From NCBI GenBank assembly GCA_964019335.1, contig OZ025746.1, forward strand, positions 1 to 64,000: DNA of 64,000 bases, written 5' to 3'. The position numbers were made by a program, and so were the translations under genes. The notes beneath the pieces were generated by a model. The model ran no database searches. It saw only the letters and a list, made by a program, of their open reading frames with translations, and was not told the DNA's origin. This stretch comes from Diplonema japonicum. Lineage: Eukaryota > Protista > Euglenozoa: Diplonemea. Of the stretch, positions 18,684 through 27,449 are shown piece after piece; positions within the stretch are counted from its first letter, which is position 1, and the number at the start of each line of letters is the position of its first letter.

Positions 18684-19967
18684 TCACACGTGCTCCTCGC
18701 TGTCTTCAAGGTCCTGTTGTTCTTTATCGTTATCGAAGGTGTGCAGGGATGCTTTGCGGCTTCCTTCCTCGTGGCTGGCATCGGAGAAGGCGTCAGGGGT
18801 CGCGTTCGTGGAGGTGCCGCCTGTGTGAGCAAGCCAAGTGGCAAATTTCAGCTTCGCTTCGATAAGCTCATCCAACGCCCTGTCAGCCACCTCCCTTTCT
18901 GTGGCGATGGAGTCTGTAAGAGTTCTCACCGCATCGCTGCAGTGCTCGCCGTACAGCCCACACACCTCGCCGCCTGCCTCGTCCATCACACCCTGCCTCC
19001 ACACCCCTTCCTCTTCCACCAAGCACCTTACTACAAGCTCTTCATAACACGTTGTTTCCTCCGTCATTGTGGCCTCCTTGCAGTATTCTGCTGCGCCCTC
19101 CAACATGTTCATCGCCAGTTTTTTCGCACGCTCTGCTTCCGCTTCTGCGGCCTCTGCGGCCTGTCTCTCCCTCTCCCTGTCCTCCTCTGTCTCTTTCAGA
19201 TCCTGCAGCTGCCTTGAAAGGATCTCCGGCAGTGTGCCCAATGGGAGCGTCGCCTCCATCGCATCGCGCTGCGTTGAGCTGAAGATGCTGCTCGTCTTAG
19301 GGGCCAGCGAAAGAGGCTTATCCAACTCGCTGCCCCTGGGGGTCACAGGGGACAAAGGGGGGTTAGGGGTAGGAGAAGGGGAAGGGGAAGGAGAGGGCGA
19401 CGGAGAGGGTGAGCCAGAAGACGACTCATCCTCGTACCTCCTTGGAGGCAGCTGCGGAGGGAGCCCTATGATGTCGAGGGGGTCCGTCAGGTCCGTGGGA
19501 TCGGTTGGGTCGGTGGGGTCCGTCGGGTCGGTGGGATCGTACGACGCCCTTCTTGGCATCTGATACGCTTCCAGTGCAGGGTAGTCAATCGATATCCTCC
19601 TTGGCTGCGCAGGGGCCTCTCGACCCTGCCCCTGTCCCTGTATCTCAAAGGTGGAAGGTGTATTGACCACGATCTCGGGCAACGTGCTGAGCAGCAGCGT
19701 GCTGTCGAACGTGTTCCCTGTGTTCTCCTTCGCGTCGTCCATCACGACAGCCCTCCTTTCCTTCTCCATGTCATCAGTCTCAGAATTGACGGACGCCCTC
19801 GAACGCCTCCGCCACATGCGGATCGCTTCGCCACTATCCTCGTCGCATGTGCTCTCTTCTTCGGTGTCACTCTGCTCGTGCTTCGGCACTATATGTGTAT
19901 CTTCCTCTCCAGTGTCGCTGTTCGCCGCCCACTCCACATCACTGTCACTATCATCGAACGCCTGCAT
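18684..19967 (-). CDS. 427-aa acidic low-complexity protein with (PTD)n and (SP)n tracts and a C-terminal coiled coil
   Basis: Long ORF with coding-like composition, ATG start and co-orientation with its neighbours. Confidence 0.85.
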   Translation of the reverse strand: MQAFDDSDSDVEWAANSDTGEEDTHIVPKHEQSDTEEESTCDEDSGEAIRMWRRRSRASVNSETDDMEKERRAVVMDDAKENTGNTFDSTLLLSTLPEIVVNTPSTFEIQGQGQGREAPAQPRRISIDYPALEAYQMPRRASYDPTDPTDPTDPTDPTDLTDPLDIIGLPPQLPPRRYEDESSSGSPSPSPSPSPSPSPTPNPPLSPVTPRGSELDKPLSLAPKTSSIFSSTQRDAMEATLPLGTLPEILSRQLQDLKETEEDRERERQAAEAAEAEAERAKKLAMNMLEGAAEYCKEATMTEETTCYEELVVRCLVEEEGVWRQGVMDEAGGEVCGLYGEHCSDAVRTLTDSIATEREVADRALDELIEAKLKFATWLAHTGGTSTNATPDAFSDASHEEGSRKASLHTFDNDKEQQDLEDSEEHV

Positions 19968-20074
19968 TCATATGCGCCTCCCTATGTGTTTGTGAACGAC
20001 ATGGTGACTGAAGACATTGAGAAACAAAATGCGGGGGAGGGGGGGGGGGGGTTCCTTTGTAAAAAGGGGTCCTT

Positions 20075-21799
20075 TTAAGTGCTTCTTTTCTTGCCGGCCA
20101 TCCCGTCGTGCTTTTTGAACTCGTTGTTCATCTTCAGCGTGAGCGCCACCACGTGCTCAGCTCTCTTGCTCTTTTTCACAAAGTTCGACTCGTCCATGGT
20201 CTCGAGGAGGTACCACACGTGACGTGATTTGAGGTACTGTTTGAAGGCATCCTTCGACACGTTGAAAGCGTGGGAGCAGTGTGCGAGGCAGAACTGGACA
20301 TCCGCCGAGCACAGTGCCTGGTCAGGGGTGTTGTTCAAGAGGTGGAGGAAGCAGGTTGTCGTGAGACGCGACCGCTCGACGTAAAATCGCAGAACCTCCA
20401 GCATGATGAGCACACGCATGTCGATACGTATGCCGGGCACCGTGTGGAGCAGCTTGTTCTCGTACTGCTCGAACCATGTTATGTTCCCAGTTTTAGTTTG
20501 CGTCTCATGCTCCTTGGTGAGCTCCATCTCCACCATTGCGTGCGCCTTGTCGATGGCACGCTTCGGGCTTGTGTTCACGTCGAACTTCTGGTTCAGCAGA
20601 CATTTAAACATTCTCTTCGACGTGCGTGCGCGTTCCGTCTCCAGCCGCATCAGCTCCCTCTCGCTCCGCTCACCGAACTCTTGCTTCTCTGCCTCCATGC
20701 GGCGCATGAACTGTTGGAACTCTTCAACCTTGTTGTCCTTCTTCTCCATGACTTCGTGCCGTCCCTTTCTGGCCTGCCGTCTGTACCTCACGGTCCTGTA
20801 GTTGTTGCCCGGCAGCTTGAGGTCCACCCAATTGCTGTGCAGTGCCGGCAGCCCTTTGAACTTAGCACTCTCGTCTTCGACCGCGGAGCTTATGGGCGGC
20901 AGCGGTGCCACGAGGTCACCCGACGAAGTAACCCTCTTCATGGTGCTCGGCTTTCTGTCGGTCGTTCCTGAGAACCGCATCTGCCTTATCCACTCGCCTG
21001 CTAGATCTAGGCCGCTGTCAGAGCTGAACATCGACTGGTGCCTGCGTATGCTGGGGGGGGCGCTGTGTCCACTTCCTGTATATGCGTACGGCTCTATCTC
21101 CACAAAACGTGTTTCTTCGCTCAGTGCATGCCCCAGCGACCTGTACATCTCCGCCTCGCTGGCTGTCTCTTTGTACTCATCTTCTGCGTCTTCTTGCACT
21201 TGTTCCTTTGGCTTTCCAGTTCTTTTCTTCAGAAGATGCAATGCTGAGTTCTGCGGTATCATCGGTATAGATGCCTTGCCCCTGTTGACAGCACGCCGCC
21301 CTTGCTTCGCTGTGATCATCACTTGTGCTGCCCGCTGGTGCTGCAGAATCAGCGCGTGCTTCGTTCTGCCCTGAGGCTGCACTGCCACGCTGGGCGGGAC
21401 GGGTTTCTTGTGTTTCTGACGCAGTTTTTGGGATTTCTTCAAGATCGTCTTGAACTTCGTGACAGCAAGGGCTGCCCACCACAGGGTCCACAGCTTGGGG
21501 CCTTTTGCGTGTTTCGAGTCGTTTTCCCTGTTGTCCTGTTTGACCAGCCACTGGTGTTGGTGCAGCTGCACCGGACGCACTTCTGATGTCATTACTTCTT
21601 TCTGACCCATTGCAAGTTTTCTTTCTCTCTCTGCCTCCCGTCTTTGCAGGAGGACTTTAACACCCACCAAGGCATCCTCGCACTGCTCGGAGTCGGCTGT
21701 GCTGTTCACCTTTTGCTCGTCATCTACATCGCAAATGTCTGCACAGCTCGCCGTGCCACTGCTGCCTTCCTCCTCCTCGGACTCGAACACGCAGAGCAT
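20075..21799 (-). CDS. 574-aa hypothetical protein (coiled-coil, basic)
   Basis: Long ATG-initiated ORF bounded by AT/homopolymer spacers. Confidence 0.85.
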   Translation of the reverse strand: MLCVFESEEEEGSSGTASCADICDVDDEQKVNSTADSEQCEDALVGVKVLLQRREAERERKLAMGQKEVMTSEVRPVQLHQHQWLVKQDNRENDSKHAKGPKLWTLWWAALAVTKFKTILKKSQKLRQKHKKPVPPSVAVQPQGRTKHALILQHQRAAQVMITAKQGRRAVNRGKASIPMIPQNSALHLLKKRTGKPKEQVQEDAEDEYKETASEAEMYRSLGHALSEETRFVEIEPYAYTGSGHSAPPSIRRHQSMFSSDSGLDLAGEWIRQMRFSGTTDRKPSTMKRVTSSGDLVAPLPPISSAVEDESAKFKGLPALHSNWVDLKLPGNNYRTVRYRRQARKGRHEVMEKKDNKVEEFQQFMRRMEAEKQEFGERSERELMRLETERARTSKRMFKCLLNQKFDVNTSPKRAIDKAHAMVEMELTKEHETQTKTGNITWFEQYENKLLHTVPGIRIDMRVLIMLEVLRFYVERSRLTTTCFLHLLNNTPDQALCSADVQFCLAHCSHAFNVSKDAFKQYLKSRHVWYLLETMDESNFVKKSKRAEHVVALTLKMNNEFKKHDGMAGKKRST

Positions 21800-21918
21800 G
21801 GCATTCCTTGTGTCCTGTGTGTCGTTAGCACTGTCGTGATGCCACGGTAGAAAGGTAGGTATAACTACTGATCTTGATATTTGGGAAACAATGGAAATAA
21901 AAAAGGGGTCTTTTTAAA

Positions 21919-22572
21919 TTATTTTACGCTTTTCTTCTTTTTCACGATCTTTTTGCGTTTTTTTTTCGGTGCCTCGCCCTCCCCCTCTTCTCCGTCGCCC
22001 TTTGTGTCCGTGTACACCCCCGCCACGCTGTCGTTCCCCGCGACCACCGTGTTGTCGATCAAGGGTAGCATCGCCTCCTCGCCCTCCGCCACAAGGTGCC
22101 TTATACTTGATATCACAATGTTTCGCAAGGACGGTGTGCTGTATGGGGGCTCGAGGGCTCCCTTTAGATTGCTGATGGGGTGGATGTCCTTTTCTATGAG
22201 GCGGCTCAGTCCTCGGGGGGCGGGTGCCAAGCCGTGTGTCCCGTTGGGAAGGCATAGCCTCAGGCTTACTTCTCTTAAATAAAACAACAGTCGTTGGTAC
22301 TCGTTTCGTGTAGCCTCCTGTGGCAAGCTGGCCAAACACCGTTTTGCCTCTGCTTCGCTGCAGCTTCTCGCGCTCAGCACCTTCCAAGCAATGCACCTGC
22401 TTTCCTCCCGCAGCGCCACCGGGATCTCGTGTGGCCACACCTCACCCTTCACGTCCGCTAGCTTCTCTATCAGCGTTGCTTCCGCCTCTTTCTTGCCCCC
22501 TTCTGCTGCCCAGAACAGCCACATACCCCTGGCGTCCAGCCCTTTCTTGCTATACCATGTCTTTACGTCCAT
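21919..22572 (-). CDS. 217-aa hypothetical protein with C-terminal NLS-like tail (PKKKRKKIVKKKK)
   Basis: ATG preceded by a pyrimidine tract and AG on the minus strand; globular-looking sequence. Confidence 0.75.
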   Translation of the reverse strand: MDVKTWYSKKGLDARGMWLFWAAEGGKKEAEATLIEKLADVKGEVWPHEIPVALREESRCIAWKVLSARSCSEAEAKRCLASLPQEATRNEYQRLLFYLREVSLRLCLPNGTHGLAPAPRGLSRLIEKDIHPISNLKGALEPPYSTPSLRNIVISSIRHLVAEGEEAMLPLIDNTVVAGNDSVAGVYTDTKGDGEEGEGEAPKKKRKKIVKKKKSVK

Positions 22573-22693
22573 TCCTTTAGAAGAAAAATAGAGGGAAGGA
22601 GGAAAATGGAGGGGGGGAAAAGACTGTTCTCTCTTGCTTGGAAAAACAACAATACTTTTTTATTCTTATTTTATTTTTTTTTTTCTCGGGAGC

Positions 22694-23134
22694 TCACCGC
22701 GGGAACAGCGCGACTGCTCTGCGGTTCTCGGATCGTTGGTAGAGATCGAGGTAGTAGATGTTTCTTTCGTAGTCGCAGTGTGCCTTTCTGACGCCTGCGG
22801 GCACAAGGTGGTGCTCAAAGGTGCGTGTTCTGAGGGGGCTTCGAGACGGGTTTGTTTTGGCAACAGTAGAACACATGAACCAAGGATTGGCCTCCAGCGT
22901 GCTGCGGTAGGGGAGGATGGTGGAGAGGTATGTGCTCACCCCTAGCAGGGTCACGCCAGCGTCATGTTCCAGCAGCTCCCCAGTGCCACAGCCGCCTTCC
23001 TTTGGCTTCAAGGCACGGCCTCTACGTGCTGTGCCCGTTCGTTTTGCTTTAAAAGTCTGTGCCCCATACTCAGTCTCCGCCCATTCATCCTCAATGAAGG
23101 GAACCACTCTCCTCCCTAGCCTGCCTTTCACCAT
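22694..23134 (-). CDS. 146-aa hypothetical basic protein (start MVKGRLG)
   Basis: Pyrimidine tract ...TTTTCAG-GGA-ATG just upstream; the upstream part of the tracked ORF is Phe-rich non-coding sequence. Confidence 0.6.
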   Translation of the reverse strand: MVKGRLGRRVVPFIEDEWAETEYGAQTFKAKRTGTARRGRALKPKEGGCGTGELLEHDAGVTLLGVSTYLSTILPYRSTLEANPWFMCSTVAKTNPSRSPLRTRTFEHHLVPAGVRKAHCDYERNIYYLDLYQRSENRRAVALFPR

Positions 23135-23706
23135 TCCCTGAAAATGTAAAAAGAAGGAAAAGTGATAACAAAAGGAAAGAAGTTCACTGAAGCAGTGACT
23201 GGGGTGGGAGGGGTGGATATGCAGTGGGGAGAATGTTTTTTTTTTTTTTAACCCATAAAGGACCGCTATTTTTCGTCCAAAAAGTCGATTTTGAACTTTT
23301 CGTTCAAATACCAAAATAAAATGGCGAGAGTGGAGTTAGAGGGTGTGTACCTATATTATTTTCACTACCCCATTTCTGGAGCGCGAAGCGGCCTGCATTT
23401 CAGCCCCAGACGCGCCCAAACTTTGGTGGTAGAGCAGCATTTGAGAGAAACAACTCTTGCAAAGGGCACATGCTATCCGGAGGTATGCGACTTGTCCAAT
23501 TTAAACGTATTTCTATTTTCAAGTGGTTTTCAAGAGGTTTTCAGGTGGTTTTTTAAGTTGTCGTTGGTGTGAATTTTTTTTTAGCTGAATATTCAGCTCC
23601 GGTCCTTTATGGGTTAAAAAAAAAAGGGTAGATTTCAGTAAGCATTGGGGTAGTGCTCACTGTAAAGAAATTCACACAGCGTGCCTGGTCTTTATACCAG
23701 CAATAT

Positions 23707-23750
23707 CATCGCCAGCCCATTTGCAGTTCATCGCCAGCCCATTTGCAGTT
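23707..23750. repeat. Perfect 22-bp tandem duplication CATCGCCAGCCCATTTGCAGTT x2
   Basis: Directly visible. Confidence 0.95.
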
Positions 23751-24358
23751 GCTTTGCCTTGGCTGCCCAAGAGGGGAAAAAAATATAAAAAAACAGGTCG
23801 ATGTGGACCACAAGGATCATCGTGGACTACTCACTCGATTTTTTTTTTTTTTTGGTACTTTTTGTTTCTTTTCTTCTTTTTTTTTCCCTCCCTCGTTCTT
23901 CTTTCTTTTTTTTTGACAAAAAAGGATAGGTCTGCAAAGAGCAAAAAAAAAATATATATATATATATTTGAAAGCACTTATTGCAAGGACAAACCTTTGC
24001 TTGTGGTGTCAAATTCACCAAAAAATACATCCTCGTCAAATGGGAGAGGGGGGGATAACATTTGCTGCAAAAAGAGAAAAATATAAACGAGTTATTGCTG
24101 AAAGCTGGCGTTTTTTTCCTTTCTTTTTTTCTACATTTCTTTTTCCAAAAGATAATAGTAAAGTGGGGGGGGGCTTTTTTTATTTGATTTTTTTCCCCCC
24201 ACTCGGGACAAAAAAGGGGTGGGGGGGAAACAAGAAGAAGAAAAAAAAACCACTAAGGGTGGTGAGAGCTGAAGAAAAAAAAAATGAAAAAAAAAAACCC
24301 TCCCTAAAAAGTTTGTGTACCAGAAACGATTTTTATTTATTTATTTATTTTTTTTTTT

Positions 24359-25729
24359 TTACTGAGGATCGCTAGCAACGGTAACGAGGGGTTGGGGAGC
24401 GGGAACGGCAAAGAGAGAAGCCTCATCACAGTGATCGTCATCAGCGCTGTCGTCACTTTCAACAAGCTGCTGCTTGTATCCAGCACTGCTTCGGGAGAAG
24501 AACCCCCGCATGCCTCCCCGTTTCTTCTCGCCACCGCCACTACCGGACGTGCACCGTGCCGGGCTCGCTTCCTTCTCCTTTTCGCCATCTGAGCCGTCTC
24601 CCAGCATACCCAGTTTTTTGCTGTTTCCCAACGGGCTGCTAAAACTACCTTGAAGCTCACCTTCCGTCACCTCGGTCGGAGATGTTGGCTTCTTGCTCGA
24701 TTTTCTGAACAACGACCACCCCTTCTTCACAGGGCTGCTCACAGTGAACCCAGCCAAGGTGGTCATCAACAAAGGAACGGGTACAGAGTGCCAGCACTCA
24801 CCTGTTGCAGTCTGCACCAGCAGTCTTGAAGCACATTTTGTTATACTTGACACAATCCCTCCAAGGAACAAGCCACCGAGAGGGACCACCACAACCTCCC
24901 ACCCTGATGGTGTTAAAACCCATGACACCACCTCCTCCTCCTTCATGCACATTATACTGTTCCCACTGCATGTCACCTGTCCTTCTTTTGATCCGATGGA
25001 TATTTTCTCCTTGAAACCGGTTTCCTCGAAGCTCTGCAAGCAGTACCCTACAACGTCCGTCCCGTTGGACACGATGAGCTGCCTGTCGTCGTAGACGACA
25101 AGCGGTGTTGCCTCCTTGAAGGGCATCTTCTGCGGGAGAGGGGTTGATGTCACCCACTTCTTGCTCCGCGTGTCGAAGACGCGTATGCTTGAGGACGGCT
25201 TCTTGTTGCCCTCGTTCCTGCCCCCGAAGATCATGAGCAGCCCGTCCATCACAAGAGGGCTGCCTCCCCGTATTTTAGAGGTGCTTTTGCACAGTACGTT
25301 GGTTGTGCCTGTTGCCGTCTCTATCATGCTCACTGTGCTGCCTTTGCTTACGGCGTAGATGTGCCCTTGGCTGTACCCCAGGGTGCAGTCCTCCGGCAAT
25401 GGGGTGTCGAGGTGGACCTCATTGTCCGTGTCCCACTCCCCCTCCGTTGTGCACTTTAAACTTCTCAATGTCGTCTTGCTGACGTACCATCCCTCGCCTT
25501 CTTCGCCGTTCACTGCAATGCCTTCCACTCCTTTACACAGTGGTGTCCATTGACCGTCGAACGTGGGCCTTTCCGTGCTGTCTGTTGTGCCGACCGGGTT
25601 AGCTTCCCACTCGCAAGTCGGAGACGGCGGAGCATCTACAGGGGAAGGGGAGCGGACGGGCGGGTCCTCCTCTTCAGAGGAACAGCCGTCATCAAGCTTT
25701 ACCTTGGAGCTCTTGAAAAAGCTTTTCAT
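24359..25729 (-). CDS. Divergent Kelch/beta-propeller protein (start MKSFFKSS)
   Basis: One clear Kelch blade LMIFGGRNEG...IRVFDTRSKKW plus degenerate beta-rich blades. Confidence 0.75.
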   Translation of the reverse strand: MKSFFKSSKVKLDDGCSSEEEDPPVRSPSPVDAPPSPTCEWEANPVGTTDSTERPTFDGQWTPLCKGVEGIAVNGEEGEGWYVSKTTLRSLKCTTEGEWDTDNEVHLDTPLPEDCTLGYSQGHIYAVSKGSTVSMIETATGTTNVLCKSTSKIRGGSPLVMDGLLMIFGGRNEGNKKPSSSIRVFDTRSKKWVTSTPLPQKMPFKEATPLVVYDDRQLIVSNGTDVVGYCLQSFEETGFKEKISIGSKEGQVTCSGNSIMCMKEEEVVSWVLTPSGWEVVVVPLGGLFLGGIVSSITKCASRLLVQTATGECWHSVPVPLLMTTLAGFTVSSPVKKGWSLFRKSSKKPTSPTEVTEGELQGSFSSPLGNSKKLGMLGDGSDGEKEKEASPARCTSGSGGGEKKRGGMRGFFSRSSAGYKQQLVESDDSADDDHCDEASLFAVPAPQPLVTVASDPQ

Positions 25730-25811
25730 GTGAATTTGCCTGTTCGGGTTGGTGCGGATATGAAAAAAAAGGAATGAAGAATAAACAAGGGTGGGGTGGG
25801 GTGCAGGACAG

Positions 25812-27449
25812 CTACGCCTCATCTGAAACGAGAGCGCCGGTGTTTATATTCTTGAAACCGAACCCGTACTTCAAAGAGCCATCCAGCACCATCTCATAGT
25901 CGGTGAGCCAGAAGGTGGGGTGCGCCGTGCGCACGATCCTCTTCGGCTTTCTCTTGGTGCCGTCCGCGTTGCTCAGGTTGCAGTACCTCTCCTTGTACGC
26001 CATGATGCCTTTGTTCAAATTGGGGAGGATGTTGGATAGCATCAAAGCCCATCCCTTGTCGTCGCTGGTTCTGCTGTGCTTCTTGAGCATGTACGTCAAG
26101 GGGGGCAGCTCGAACAACAGCTCCTGCTTGCAGTCCAGGAGCGAACCCGACCTGGGAGGTGTGGCCCCGCCCCAGTCACCAGGCACCCTGTACTTCGACC
26201 AGTGAATGTAATGCAGCAAAGGTGCGTTGTTATCTACTTCCCATTTCTTCTGCGGTGTTGCTGTGCCCCAGAAGCTCTCAGGGTAGGTCTTTCTGCCTAT
26301 CTCGGGTGTGAAGCAGTAGTGCAGCATACAAGGCAGCCCCTCCACACCAACAGGGTGCATCCCCAGAGGGTGGTGGTCGACCACAGGCTTGCTAATCTCA
26401 TACTTCCCGTCCCACAACCCATTCTTGCGCAGTGTTGGCTCTGCCACGTCGGGCCTGTCCCACATCCCGTCCCTCACAATGTGCGACCTGAGGTCCAGCT
26501 TCGCCATGCCGATGCTCATCCCGACCATCTCCGATACCCATTTCCCCCACACGCGGCGTGCCTCGATTGTGTACTGCACCCAGTAGGTGGACACGGCCAC
26601 CCAGTCGTCCCGGGTCATCATGTGTGGGGGACCAGGACAGAAGTCCTTCTTGCCAACGAGCGGCGGACAGTCCGGACAGATCTCGAGGTACTGTTTGTCC
26701 CAATCTTCGGACACCAGGTAATCATAGTACTGCCCGACAGGCCTGCCAGGGCGCACCTGTGGTGCGTAATAGAGCGGCTTGACAAACACCATGTCGGGGT
26801 CGAGAAGGCACAGGACGTCCTCATAGGGACGCGCAAGGGTGAGCCAGTACAGCACGGAAGCAGGGCGGTTGAGGGGGGCATAGGAGGACTTCGTGTTCTT
26901 AGGTCCAGGGACGGCAGAGGTGTCGATTTTAGGAGCGAAAAAAACAAAAAGCTTGTCGGTGTCAATGTTGCGGCGCTTAAGGAGCTTTAGATTAGTATGC
27001 GAGACGGCAGTCTCAGACACACAACCGCTGACGATGCGGGTGATGGCCCCGGGGTGATGCACCTCGAGCCAAGACCGCTCGAGGCCGAGGACCTGCCATA
27101 GGGAGTGCTGCGTGCAGTCGCATGTATAAAACAGGTGAATGCTGTCTTCCTGTGTGCCTGAGTACTTCCCCCCAGGGTACACCCTTTCACGCTGTGCCAT
27201 GTGTCCTTCGTTGATGCTACGCATCACATCGTCGACAGAAGGTGTCCGCTGCAAGTACTTCACGTCCTGAACGAGCTTGGCAAGCTTTGCTGCCTGCACG
27301 GCTTCCAAGTCCCTTTGCTGACTACGTGGGGGTACATGAACAGGCTGCGGTGGAGTGACGGGCACCTCATTCAACTGAACCAACACTGTGAACAGTACCA
27401 AGCAGTATAACCCGATTAGCATCCCTAACATTCTGCGGTTCATGGCCAT
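25812..27449 (-). CDS. Peptidyl-serine alpha-galactosyltransferase / Hyp O-arabinosyltransferase-like (GT96/GT95) type-II membrane glycosyltransferase
   Basis: N-terminal signal anchor; TCDC...WQ, PGAITRIVSGC, YAPLNRP...WL, LLDPDMVF (DxD), GPPHMM, WVSEM and MLHYC motifs. Confidence 0.85.
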   Translation of the reverse strand: MAMNRRMLGMLIGLYCLVLFTVLVQLNEVPVTPPQPVHVPPRSQQRDLEAVQAAKLAKLVQDVKYLQRTPSVDDVMRSINEGHMAQRERVYPGGKYSGTQEDSIHLFYTCDCTQHSLWQVLGLERSWLEVHHPGAITRIVSGCVSETAVSHTNLKLLKRRNIDTDKLFVFFAPKIDTSAVPGPKNTKSSYAPLNRPASVLYWLTLARPYEDVLCLLDPDMVFVKPLYYAPQVRPGRPVGQYYDYLVSEDWDKQYLEICPDCPPLVGKKDFCPGPPHMMTRDDWVAVSTYWVQYTIEARRVWGKWVSEMVGMSIGMAKLDLRSHIVRDGMWDRPDVAEPTLRKNGLWDGKYEISKPVVDHHPLGMHPVGVEGLPCMLHYCFTPEIGRKTYPESFWGTATPQKKWEVDNNAPLLHYIHWSKYRVPGDWGGATPPRSGSLLDCKQELLFELPPLTYMLKKHSRTSDDKGWALMLSNILPNLNKGIMAYKERYCNLSNADGTKRKPKRIVRTAHPTFWLTDYEMVLDGSLKYGFGFKNINTGALVSDEA

